A DNA stretch of 64,000 nt, from contig CAWINB010000001.1 of NCBI GenBank assembly GCA_963837465.1, positions 139,915 to 203,914 on the forward strand. The letters run 5' to 3'. Source of the stretch: Candidatus Doudnabacteria bacterium (GTDB taxonomy: Bacteria > Patescibacteriota > Doudnabacteria > UBA920). The notes under the pieces are model-generated. The model saw only the letters and a list, made by a program, of their open reading frames with translations. It searched no databases and had not been told where the DNA came from. Both the position numbers and the translations under genes were made by a program. Positions 48,473-57,907 of this stretch are shown here, one piece after another; positions within the stretch are counted from its first letter, which is position 1, and every line of letters begins with the position of its first letter.

Positions 48473-48988
48473 TTAGTGAAATAGGGTTGAACGGGTTGGA
48501 GCTGTATACGCCGCAAATAACGCGAGCGCGGCAAGCCATGGAAGGAGAGCCAGCGCGAGAAACGTGAAGGCCGCTTTTAGCGCATCAAACTTTGCTGTCA
48601 GTATTTCCGAATTCCGCCACACCTGTGCCAAGAGATCGTTAACGTGCCCGTCTTCATTCTGCTGCTTGAATTGTTCGATAAAGTGGTGCTCCGTACGACC
48701 TGCTATCTGTCGAAAATAAACCAAGGACGAATTGCCTCCCTTAAGACTGGGGAATGCGCCACGATACAAAAACACAATGCTCACGCCCAAGAGAACCACA
48801 CAGATACCGGCGGACGTTGACATCGGCCAGGTTAACGCTTTGAGTGGTGGTGCGTCGGTAGCCAACACGGCTAACATTCCCGTATCTACCGCGAGTATCA
48901 CAGAAAGCTTTGAATCTACACGCGGGAAAAAGCTCAATACTCGATCGAGTTGATCTTTGCTCGCAGCGTATATAGTTTCAGTCTTCAT
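48473..48988 (-). CDS. Small transmembrane protein (2 to 3 TM), candidate cyclic-nucleotide-activated effector
   Basis: 171 aa; hydrophobic helices at ~30–75 and 140–165; translationally coupled to the cyclase. Confidence 0.45.
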   Translation of the reverse strand: MKTETIYAASKDQLDRVLSFFPRVDSKLSVILAVDTGMLAVLATDAPPLKALTWPMSTSAGICVVLLGVSIVFLYRGAFPSLKGGNSSLVYFRQIAGRTEHHFIEQFKQQNEDGHVNDLLAQVWRNSEILTAKFDALKAAFTFLALALLPWLAALALFAAYTAPTRSTLFH

Positions 48989-49153
48989 ATAGGCTTGGGG
49001 CGCAGCCTAGCAAATGCGTCTGCGCAGTAAATATGTTAAATTGCGCTCAGACAAAAGATATTATTAGAATCATAACTCTCGAATTCCGAGGCGTCAAGAA
49101 CTCAAGGCCGCATATTTGAAAGGCGAACTCGCTCGAAGTCCCGCTGGGTTCAC

Positions 49154-49477
49154 TCATGTCCGAGGAATAAACACGCCGAAAATCTTTACGATGTCCGAAC
49201 GTTCAAGCGGCTTGTCGGTCAAGTTGAACACATGCATGATGGTCGACCAGTGACACGCGAGGTTGTCCGCGAGCAACTGGGCTTGAGTGGCGAATGGCTC
49301 AAAGGGCACGCTGCGACGACTCAGAGCCGAGACACGCGTTTCAGCCAAGTGCCACTGGCCATATAGATCCTCGGGAGGACGCACGAGGACCAGATTCCAG
49401 CCTTCCCGATCCCGCGCGTTTTCGTTGATCTCAATATAACCACCATGTGCGACATGACGCCGCTCCAAAGTTGTCAT
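49154..49477 (-). CDS. Hypothetical protein (107 aa), operon gene 3
   Basis: Start overlaps the stop of the upstream gene. Confidence 0.4.
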   Translation of the reverse strand: MTTLERRHVAHGGYIEINENARDREGWNLVLVRPPEDLYGQWHLAETRVSALSRRSVPFEPFATQAQLLADNLACHWSTIMHVFNLTDKPLERSDIVKIFGVFIPRT

Positions 49478-49893
49478 CCTGCCAGGAACAATAGGATTTG
49501 CAAACAGCTCGCCACGATGAAAGAACCGGACACGTAAGGCCCGCCCACCAAAGCGGTATTTTTTCCGTCCGCAGCGGTAGCTGTGACGATCTTGGTTTCC
49601 GCGAGATGCCTATTGATCTCCTCGACGATCTCGTCAACCATCGCAATCAACTCCTCTTCTTTGTATCGATTCCTAGCAGCCGTGTCCCTTTCGGACTTCG
49701 CAATCCGCTGCTGCTCAAGTGTCGCCGCTTCGACCGCGTCGTGGTGTTGGCGCATCCTGGCGGCTAGCGCACCGATGGCGGATTCCCTTGGGGCCGGAGC
49801 AGTCTCCAGGCATCCAGAACCTCCCGCGCTGTTTGGTGACGGGCACGCGGATCCTTGGTCAAGAGCCTCTTGCCCAACTTTCCGGTTAAACAT
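49474..49893 (-). CDS. Hypothetical protein (139 aa), operon gene 2
   Basis: Overlaps the downstream gene by 4 nt (translational coupling). Confidence 0.4.
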   Translation of the reverse strand: MFNRKVGQEALDQGSACPSPNSAGGSGCLETAPAPRESAIGALAARMRQHHDAVEAATLEQQRIAKSERDTAARNRYKEEELIAMVDEIVEEINRHLAETKIVTATAADGKNTALVGGPYVSGSFIVASCLQILLFLAG

Positions 49894-49941
49894 TCACCAA
49901 TCATAAGATTTTTCTAAAAGATAGCAGCACAAGGCCCGACG

Positions 49942-51015
49942 TCAATCCCCCCTTTCGGCGCCGCCATCGAAACAAACACTGCCGTTCGAAGCCAGGGTAT
50001 CTCTAAAGTATGTTGCCAGATCGGCATTCCACACGAAGAAAGCCTGTGCTATAAGGCTGAAGGCGTCGCGATCAATCGGCTCGTCGATCCTGAAGATTTT
50101 CATCCGTACTCCGGTTTTCCCGAGTTTTCTGAGATGATCTTTCTGCCGTTCTTCAAATTGCTCGCCGTTGTAAATCCTCAGCGCCCCGTCGAAATGCGTA
50201 ATGGATTGGCTGCCCGGATCGTAAATCGCGTGAAGGTAACGGGCACCGGCGAATGGGATACGATCCCTGGGTGGAAGCTCCTCACAGACGAAATGGATTC
50301 CATCGCCACGTGGGCTCCAGCAGAATTCGGTAACTTGACTCCTGTCCCACGGCTTATCGGCCCGCATTTGCCCGAAGTGCTGTTCTCTCAATCGACCTAT
50401 GTCGTTCCAGGTCAGCGGCGCGGCATACACAATCATCTTGTACATGGTCTGCGGGAAAGAATCGCACGGACCCCAAAGAAATGGGTCGAGCCGGACGCTG
50501 ACGGAATTGGCGACACCCTGCTCATAAAACGACCGTAGTAGCCAATAAGTTGAATTGGGAGATTCGGTAGTTGTACAGACCGTGAAGTCGAACCCGTTGG
50601 CCTCAAGGGTTGAATTGTTGTAACTAAACTCCGCCAGTCTGACCATACCTTCACCATCCACGGTGACGCCGCGCAGACAATCGGCGGTGTAAGGTAGTGT
50701 CTGCGCGGAAGAGAAGGTTTCCGCTAGGATCTCCAATCGGCGGCGCGCCGCTTCATTGGTGAGGAGCGCATCTGCGACCCAGATCCGTGCAAGGCGTTCA
50801 TTCTTTCCGTGAAGTGCAAGGAAGGTCGGGTCCTGGAAGGCGGCCTCGACCGCCTTCGTCGGCAAACTCGAAAGTAACCGCGACAGGTCGGGATACAGGG
50901 ACCACGTCGACTCATTTGAGTTTTTAAGCAATTTGTCGAACGGGGCGAGCGGATCGGAAGCAAAGTCGCGCACGAGATCTTCCGGAAGCTTCACCCGTAT
51001 CCCATTGAACTGCAT
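49942..51015 (-). CDS. Hypothetical protein (357 aa), first gene of an unknown three-gene operon
   Basis: High GC; no recognised motif. Confidence 0.4.
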   Translation of the reverse strand: MQFNGIRVKLPEDLVRDFASDPLAPFDKLLKNSNESTWSLYPDLSRLLSSLPTKAVEAAFQDPTFLALHGKNERLARIWVADALLTNEAARRRLEILAETFSSAQTLPYTADCLRGVTVDGEGMVRLAEFSYNNSTLEANGFDFTVCTTTESPNSTYWLLRSFYEQGVANSVSVRLDPFLWGPCDSFPQTMYKMIVYAAPLTWNDIGRLREQHFGQMRADKPWDRSQVTEFCWSPRGDGIHFVCEELPPRDRIPFAGARYLHAIYDPGSQSITHFDGALRIYNGEQFEERQKDHLRKLGKTGVRMKIFRIDEPIDRDAFSLIAQAFFVWNADLATYFRDTLASNGSVCFDGGAERGD

Positions 51016-51199
51016 AGTCTTCTTGCCTTTCTAGTTCCAGCATATCCTGGACGCGTCCCGCTGTCCAGAAGAGCTCTAAACGGCAGTTCAACATCGCGTT
51101 TGTCGATACCTCCATCGAACACGCCCGTTCATTTGACAAGACTTCTAGGGCGGACCATTATATAAGTAGAATTAGAATATCTATTAACGTCAGCGTTTT

Positions 51200-51649
51200 A
51201 TGGTCGCTCTCGAATTTACATTAGGACACGTACACCTCAAGGTGAAAGACGTTGAAAGGGCAACTGCCTTCTATACAAATGTTTTCGGGCTTAAGGTTGC
51301 CGAGCGGGTCGGCAACTATGTATTCCTCTCGTTTGGCCAGAGGTATCATCACGACTTGGCCATACACGAAGTTCCGGCGGACGCGGCAGTGCCCGGCCTT
51401 AAAGATGTAGGCCTTTATCATTTTGCCCTTGAAGTTGCCGACATTCGGCAACTCGCATTGTTGTACCGCAAGCTAAAGCAATTAAATGTGGCCGTCAAGC
51501 CGGTTGATCACGGAATCAGCAAGGTGATATATTTCAGCGACCCCGACGGCAATGGCATAGAGGTCTACGTTGACACACGAAGTGAAACCGGACAGCAGGA
51601 ATGGCAAGGAAAATCCACGCCGCTAAACCTTGAGGATGTCATGGTGTGA
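51200..51649 (+). CDS. VOC (glyoxalase / bleomycin-resistance / dioxygenase) superfamily protein
   Basis: HVHLKVKDVERATAFYTNVFGL...HHDLA...HFALEV pattern. Confidence 0.7.
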   Translation: MVALEFTLGHVHLKVKDVERATAFYTNVFGLKVAERVGNYVFLSFGQRYHHDLAIHEVPADAAVPGLKDVGLYHFALEVADIRQLALLYRKLKQLNVAVKPVDHGISKVIYFSDPDGNGIEVYVDTRSETGQQEWQGKSTPLNLEDVMV

Positions 51650-52428
51650 GAAGAAAAACTGTAATAAACCTCGCCACCGGCCTTGGCTTTTTTGGGTTTT
51701 CTACCCTATCTGGCTGGGCGCTTCACTCGCCCGTCGCGGCACTCGTAACGGGTTTCGGCATTGTAATCATCCGTCTTCTAGTAGACATCAGGCTGAATCT
51801 ACATACAAAGATTCCGGTGGAGGTATCTTTCCTCAATAGCTACACTAAGCTGCGAGAGAGCCAATGTGAACTCTTTCGGGAGGCGGCAGCCGTAAAGCTA
51901 CGGTCTGTGACTGCCTACTTCGACAGTTTGGCAGGTGGCCATTTGCCGGTTGACAATCAGAATGAGGTCTTCGATTTACTTGAGCTTTTGTTCTGTGACA
52001 TTGATTTTGTAAGACAAATTCGTACGACTAGCTTTGGGGAAATTGAAGAGTGGGGAAATTGGTGGGGCAAGCGATATTTGGGTATCCACAAAGAGGCGAA
52101 GAAGAGAGGAGTGAAGGTACATCGCGTTTTCATCCTTCAGTCCGACGACGACGTTCAGGCGGGAGCCGATATCATGCGCGCCAACGCTGCTGAGGGCGTG
52201 GCGGTAAAGTATGTATCGCGGCGTGTGATTTCTCTGGGAGATTTCAATACCGGCAACAACTGTATGCTGTTCTATGACCGAAACGGGGTTCCAGTATATG
52301 CTCTCACGGCCGTGCACGACGAAAAAGGCGGATTTTTGGCAGCGATAATCTATAACGACGCAGCCCACATCAAACCCGTAGTTGATGCATACAGCCATAT
52401 CGATGCCCTTGCCGTCGAGTTTAGATAA
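51646..52428 (+). CDS. Hypothetical membrane protein (260 aa); start overlaps the VOC gene stop
   Basis: N-terminal TM segments; unknown C-terminal domain. Confidence 0.4.
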   Translation: MRRKTVINLATGLGFFGFSTLSGWALHSPVAALVTGFGIVIIRLLVDIRLNLHTKIPVEVSFLNSYTKLRESQCELFREAAAVKLRSVTAYFDSLAGGHLPVDNQNEVFDLLELLFCDIDFVRQIRTTSFGEIEEWGNWWGKRYLGIHKEAKKRGVKVHRVFILQSDDDVQAGADIMRANAAEGVAVKYVSRRVISLGDFNTGNNCMLFYDRNGVPVYALTAVHDEKGGFLAAIIYNDAAHIKPVVDAYSHIDALAVEFR

Positions 52429-52479
52429 CGGTGGACTTGGGACAAGCTTGTCCACCGTCTCGCAGAAAAAATGGACTTC

Positions 52480-52700
52480 CCGCCAAGTTTTCCCTCCTAT
52501 ACAAACCTTTAAGTTCTGCTATTCTATCTTTGCCACGATCAAAGCCGCCGAGCGGGGTGCTGGCCGCGCGGCAGGCTTGATCGATGAGCAAACTCATGCC
52601 GCAATCTTTTCTTTCGACTCTTGTTTGCGTTGGAGCAAATCCATTATCGCGGGCAGAAGGCGCTTCCACGTTCGATGTATGTCCCGTCTCGGGCTACCAA
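52480..52700. repeat. R-family ~230 bp repeat, copy 1 (core ctattctayctttgccacgatcaaagc...gcttccacgttcgatgtatgtcccgtctcgggctacca)
   Basis: Copies at ~55195–55430, ~59085–59345 and a truncated one at ~60105–60235. Confidence 0.75.
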
Positions 52701-52874
52701 AATGATTCAGCAGCGTAAAGCTGCTGTTTTTATTTGCTAAAACGATTCAAGGAAAACGAACCATGCGGAGGGAGAAATTCCGGTCCGCATATTTAAAAGG
52801 CAAAATCGTTCGATTCCCCAATGGGGTCGAAATTAATTCCAGTAAGTAAGAACACAATACGGGCGACATCTTAG

Positions 52875-54290
52875 TTACTTAGCGACCGCCATCAGATTGC
52901 TTGGCGGGGGGAGTGTGGAGGGTGACGTAGAACCTTTTACCATCGCATCTGTGATAATCAAAGAACTACATGTAGACCCTGGGCACGTTAGGAGCGACGC
53001 AGGCACCGGAAACGCATCGGTAAATACGTAGCCCAGTGAAGTAAATGCCGTAGCAGTAGCGAAACCCGCAATTTGACCGTCCGACACGACATAATAGGTG
53101 CTATTGGTTGCGCATCCGTGCCCGCTCGAATCGAGAGTGCAAAGAATCGAACCTTCGCGATATGGCAACGTATAGTTCCGGAACGTTGGATCTTCCAGCA
53201 ATGTGGCCGTCGACTGTTGTTGTATATCACTCCAGCGAAATCCCACGCCGTCGAATATCAATTGTGACGTGATACCTCGCTTATAATGCTGATCGGTTAC
53301 CTCGTAGATGGTACCGCCATCATTCACCAAGAACGCTGCCGGCGGCGGCCCTAACAGACTTCCTTGGGGAAGCGCCTGAATCTCTTGAAGCCCCACACTT
53401 ATGACTTTGCCGAAATCAAAGCCGTACGCGTAGAACACGGCGGGCGACGGTATCCCGCGAAGTTTACCGGCCTGTATGAGGTACACCGTGCCATTGTAAG
53501 AAACCAGCGAACCGTCGGGGTGCCAGATTACGTTTGGCGCGGCCGTTCTCGCCGGTGCCCAAAGAGTGGTGCTTCGGACTGTCCTCGGGTCCAGATACCT
53601 CCCTTGCCACCCATAGGGGTCAACCGGAACTCCGTTATAGCGTACCTCGAAGTGGAGGTGCGGGCAGGGAGAGTCCGTGGTACAGACTCCAACGCTACCG
53701 CTAACCCCGATCATATCTCCTGCGCTCACTGCCCGTCCTTCGACGGTGTTTGGATCAACCCAACTGGAGAGGTGCAAATAATATGTTTTATAGCAATTGC
53801 CATGGTCAATGTAAAGTGCATGGCAGCACTTTTCACCGGTATCCACGTGCAGTGTGCCGCTGGCGGCGGCATAGACTGGTATTTCGCCACTAGGGTCCTG
53901 ATCCGTAGTTTTGTAATCGATTCCGGGGTGCCCATCATAGTTGAGAAATGTTGGCGTGCCCGCGCCGATATACTGTCCGTTTATCACGAAAGGGATTCCA
54001 GGCATGTTCTGAAAGGAGAAGAACGTTTGGCCGTTGATCGTCGTAGCATACTCGGGATTTAGATTGGCCAACTCGCCGGTGAATCCAATCACCACGTTGT
54101 CAGATGTGTAGGAGTTGGTCATGGAGTGATCCATGACCGAGTTGATGCTCGCGGAATAGGCGGTTCTGTTTGGCAAGGGGAACTTTGACAAGTAGAACGC
54201 TGAAGAGGGTTGCGAGGGGCAGGTAGACTGAGCAAGGAGCAGTACGTCTGCGTGCAGTGCGCAAATCGCGAAACAAAGCCAAAAACGCAT
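52875..54290 (-). CDS. Secreted M23 (LytM) family metallopeptidase
   Basis: Signal peptide (MRFWLCFAICALHA); HPGIDY...D and HLHFEV zinc-binding motifs. Confidence 0.8.
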   Translation of the reverse strand: MRFWLCFAICALHADVLLLAQSTCPSQPSSAFYLSKFPLPNRTAYSASINSVMDHSMTNSYTSDNVVIGFTGELANLNPEYATTINGQTFFSFQNMPGIPFVINGQYIGAGTPTFLNYDGHPGIDYKTTDQDPSGEIPVYAAASGTLHVDTGEKCCHALYIDHGNCYKTYYLHLSSWVDPNTVEGRAVSAGDMIGVSGSVGVCTTDSPCPHLHFEVRYNGVPVDPYGWQGRYLDPRTVRSTTLWAPARTAAPNVIWHPDGSLVSYNGTVYLIQAGKLRGIPSPAVFYAYGFDFGKVISVGLQEIQALPQGSLLGPPPAAFLVNDGGTIYEVTDQHYKRGITSQLIFDGVGFRWSDIQQQSTATLLEDPTFRNYTLPYREGSILCTLDSSGHGCATNSTYYVVSDGQIAGFATATAFTSLGYVFTDAFPVPASLLTCPGSTCSSLIITDAMVKGSTSPSTLPPPSNLMAVAK

Positions 54291-54408
54291 GGTAACTCCA
54301 GTTGCCACCAGCGTACTACAGGCCTCGCCGAAAATCAAAGGGGCTCCCCGCTCCGCCCTACCCATCAGACCAGCAAGCTTGACCGGCTCTCCGACGTTTG
54401 TAATAATG

Positions 54409-55070
54409 CAATGGCTTCAATAATTAATCTGATTGTTCTAATGAAGAGGTACTTGTTTATCTTTGTAATGAGCTGTCTTTCTGCGGGTTGCAGTCGGGTA
54501 AACGTGGCGACAAATGAACCGGCGGTTCAGCCCGACGTTCGACTGAACCCGCCCCGGAACGCTTCTAAATCGCCGGTCAGCTTGATGGGTGTAACAGCCA
54601 ATGGCACCACTACGCAGGACTCTCAACCCGGCGATTGGACTACATACACGGACACTGCTTATGGCTTTAGCCTGAACATTCCAGCCGGATACGTTTATGC
54701 CACGTCGACAGCGGAGCGCGGATGGTCGCCTGTGCTAATTGTCTACGACCCAGAGAATTTACCCATAGCCAGTGAGCCAGCTGTTACTGTTTATGTTTCA
54801 ACAATCACTAGCAAGGAGCAGGAATCGCCTTCTTATCTGCTTCAGCAAGAAGGCATACCCCCGGCAGCGGCTACAGTCACCCCAACAAGGTTTGCGGGAT
54901 GCCTAGCCACCCAAATTATTATCGAGAACACGGACGGAGGATACCCGGTTGAGGACCAGATGTTCGTAGCCCACGACGGTCTTGAATATTCAATCAGATA
55001 TACCGCGCGCGACAATACGACATTCGCAAGGATTGCTTCGTCCTTTGTATTCCTCGCAACTGGTTGTTGA
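54409..55070 (+). CDS. Putative lipoprotein (lipobox LSAGC)
   Basis: Signal peptide plus lipobox; the 3' 240 nt is duplicated at 59751–59987. Confidence 0.5.
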
Positions 55071-55282
55071 CTCTTAGCTTGATACTCCGCTTCACCTTCA
55101 AAGGATGATGGCGTTTTCGTGGGGTTGAGTCCGATTAGCCCAGAGCGAAAAGAATTGGCAAGAGCTCAAGATATCCACCGAGCGGGTCAATTCTTGGAAG
55201 TTGAGCCAATGTTTCCCTCCTTTGCAAGCGTCTGAGTTCTTGCTATTCTACTTTTGCCACGATCAAAGCAGCCGCGCAGGGT
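54835..55282. repeat. ~448 bp direct repeat, copy D1 (3' end of the lipoprotein gene plus downstream R repeat)
   Basis: Near-identical to 59751–60199 apart from a diverged ~70 nt patch. Confidence 0.8.
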
Positions 55283-55430
55283 GCTGGCCGCACGGCATGC
55301 TTGATCGAGGAGAACCATTTAGGCCGCAATCTTTTCTGTAGACTCTTGTTTGCGTTGGAGCAAGCTCAGCATCCTGGGCAGAAGACGCTTCCACGTTCGA
55401 TGTATGTCCCGTCTCGGGCTACCAGGAATC
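55195..55430. repeat. R-family repeat, copy 2
   Basis: See copy 1. Confidence 0.7.
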
Positions 55431-55650
55431 CCATTCAACTTTTCCCTCCCTAAAAGAAGAATTCACCCGCAGAAATGCGGGTTTTTCATTGGCGCAGATT
55501 CAGCCCTTGGCCAGAATTGTCCACAGGCCATTGGGGAATCGAACTGACAGGCGGTTTCCCGCATGGGAAAGCGTAGTAGTGGTGCAGATTTGACACCCAC
55601 ACAAAAGGTGTGTAAACTACAAATATAAGATCATTAACCTAGAAACTTCC

Positions 55651-55920
55651 ATGAGCAAACGTATTAACATCATGCTGCCGGAAAGAACCCTGGCCGTGCT
55701 GGACCGGGTGGCTTCCAAAGGCAACCGCAGCCAGTTTGTGTCTAGGGCCGTGCTCCACTACGTGGAAATCCAGGGCAAACAAAGCCTGCGCCAGCAGCTT
55801 AAAGCCGGCTATATGGCCAATGCCGATGAGAACCTAAAGATTGCCGCGGAGTGGTTTCCCCTTGAGGAACAAGCATGGCAAAAGTCCCGCACCAGCCAAA
55901 AGGCCAAAAGCAAAAAGTAG
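55651..55920 (+). CDS. Ribbon-helix-helix (CopG-like) antitoxin
   Basis: KRINIMLPERTLAVLDRVASKGNRSQFVSRAV is the RHH fold signature. Confidence 0.7.
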   Translation: MSKRINIMLPERTLAVLDRVASKGNRSQFVSRAVLHYVEIQGKQSLRQQLKAGYMANADENLKIAAEWFPLEEQAWQKSRTSQKAKSKK

Positions 55921-56273
55921 AAGGCATCCGAAGGGGTGAAGTCTACCTCTGCTCTTTTGACCCGACGGTCGGCCACGAAATCAAGAAGACCCGGCCCGCC
56001 CTGGTCGTCCAAAACGATGTCGGCAATCGCTATGGTCCCCTGACGATTGTCGCGGCAATCACTTCCAGCGTTTCCCCTGTCCCCTATCCGGTCGAGGTTG
56101 TCGTTGAACCGACCGCCGCCAACGGCCTGGATGTCCGCTCTTCCGTTCGCCTGGACCAGATCCGCACCATAGACCGGCAGCGCCTGATTCGTCATTTGGG
56201 CGTAGTGGATTCCGCCACCATGGCCAGGGTCGATGAGGCCATCAAGATTAGCTTGGGGCTGATTAGAGTTTAG
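55875..56273 (+). CDS. MazF/PemK-family endoribonuclease toxin
   Basis: RGEVYLCSFDPTVGHEIKKTRPALVVQNDVGN is the PemK/MazF signature; overlaps the antitoxin gene. Confidence 0.8.
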   Translation: MAKVPHQPKGQKQKVEGIRRGEVYLCSFDPTVGHEIKKTRPALVVQNDVGNRYGPLTIVAAITSSVSPVPYPVEVVVEPTAANGLDVRSSVRLDQIRTIDRQRLIRHLGVVDSATMARVDEAIKISLGLIRV

Positions 56274-56278
56274 TATCT

Positions 56279-56995
56279 ATGTCGATTCACTCATTGGTCC
56301 CGGACGCGCCGACGCTCCTTGCCCTTGAACCGGAAGAACTCGCAGGCGTAGTGCTGCAATATCTAAACTCGCTACCGCCCGACGCCTCTGAGTTAAACCG
56401 ACACAACTTCAGTTTGCCCCATACGGTTCAGGAGTATCCCAGGGAATATCAGCGACAGTTGAGGAGCGCACTTATGGAAGCCTGGGTATGGCTGGAGCGG
56501 GAAGGACTTATCGCTCCGAACCCAGAACAAGGCACTGATTGGCGGTTTATTACAAGGCGCGGCCGACTACTGAAGACGGCGCCCGAGGTCGCGGCATACC
56601 GGAAGGCCGAGATGCTGCCAAAGGCGCTCTTGCATCCTACTATCGCGACTAAGGTTCATGCGGCCTTTCTGCGCGGCGAATATGACACTGCCGTATTTCA
56701 GGCTTTTCGAGAAGTCGAAATCGCCGTACGCACCGCCGGCAAGTTTAAGGCCACGGACCTTGGAGTGGATCTAATGGATAAGGCCTTCAACAAGACCAGC
56801 GGCCCGTTAACGGATTTGGCCGTCCCCGACAGTGAACGAGAAGCGACGCGGCTCATGTTTCGAGGCATAATCGGTCGTTACAAAAACCCTCATAGCCACC
56901 GGGCCGTGGCAATCATTGATCCGTCCGAAGCCATCGAACTCTTGATGCTGGCCACGCATTTACTCCGCATCATTCAGGCCGCCGCCGTGGCTTAG
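56279..56995 (+). CDS. Hypothetical protein with an Abi-associated (TIGR02391-like) C-terminal domain
   Basis: C-terminal FRGIIGRYKNPHSHR resembles the conserved motif of the TIGR02391 abortive-infection-associated family; tentative. Confidence 0.35.
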   Translation: MSIHSLVPDAPTLLALEPEELAGVVLQYLNSLPPDASELNRHNFSLPHTVQEYPREYQRQLRSALMEAWVWLEREGLIAPNPEQGTDWRFITRRGRLLKTAPEVAAYRKAEMLPKALLHPTIATKVHAAFLRGEYDTAVFQAFREVEIAVRTAGKFKATDLGVDLMDKAFNKTSGPLTDLAVPDSEREATRLMFRGIIGRYKNPHSHRAVAIIDPSEAIELLMLATHLLRIIQAAAVA

Positions 56996-57009
56996 CAGGA
57001 ATTAACCTT

Positions 57010-57879
57010 ATGATTGACGATCCAGGCGAACAATTCAAAGAGCAGCTCGACAATGCAATGAGTCACGGTAATGGTCCGAAAGCCGCCCGTTTTGCGTTGG
57101 CCTGCCTAGGCGTGATTCCCGGCGTCGGCGGGGCAATCGCCGGCATTGCTGGCTCGTGGTCAGAACGAGAGCAGGCCGAGTTTAACCGTATCTTTTCCGC
57201 TTGGCTCAAGCTCCAAGAGGATGAAATTCGGGAGATCGGCATGACCATATTCGAAGTCATGAACCGTCTCGACCAAAATGATGAAGAAATCCGAAAGCGC
57301 ATTGAAAGCCCGGAATACCTCAAGCTGGTTAAAAAATGCTTCCGGGATTGGTCGGCAGCCGAAAGTGAAGAGAAGCGCGCCCTAATCAGAAATCTTCTCA
57401 GTAATGCGGCAGCGACCAAGCTCTGCTCCGATGACGTCATTCGAATGTTCATCGAGTGGATCGATAAATATTCTGAACCGCATTTTGCGGTCATCAGGCA
57501 CATTTTTAAGACACCCGGCTCGACGCGCCGTGAAGTTTGGGCTGAAATCCACGGTGCCGACGTTCGCGAGGATTCTGCTGAGGCCGACCTCTTCAAGCTC
57601 TTGGTTCACGATTTGAGTACCGGCCATGTGATTCGTCAGCACCGGGAGAAGGATTACTATGGCAACTTCGTTAAAAGAGAACCACAGAGGAAGGGCCGCG
57701 GGGAGGCAAGCCGCGTCATGACATCTGCATTCGATGACGACAAACAATACGAACTCACGGAACTCGGCAAGCAGTTCGTACACTACACGATGAATGAAAT
57801 CGTGCCGAAGATTGCCGCTCCGAGCGCAAATCCAGTGGCGAGCGAGCAAGGCCGCGCCGCCGCACCAAGCCAGTCATAG
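57010..57879 (+). CDS. Hypothetical protein (289 aa)
   Basis: No recognised domain; adjacent to the Abi-like gene. Confidence 0.4.
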   Translation: MIDDPGEQFKEQLDNAMSHGNGPKAARFALACLGVIPGVGGAIAGIAGSWSEREQAEFNRIFSAWLKLQEDEIREIGMTIFEVMNRLDQNDEEIRKRIESPEYLKLVKKCFRDWSAAESEEKRALIRNLLSNAAATKLCSDDVIRMFIEWIDKYSEPHFAVIRHIFKTPGSTRREVWAEIHGADVREDSAEADLFKLLVHDLSTGHVIRQHREKDYYGNFVKREPQRKGRGEASRVMTSAFDDDKQYELTELGKQFVHYTMNEIVPKIAAPSANPVASEQGRAAAPSQS

Positions 57880-57907
57880 AATATTAAACTTCCTACACAG
57901 AGGCAAT

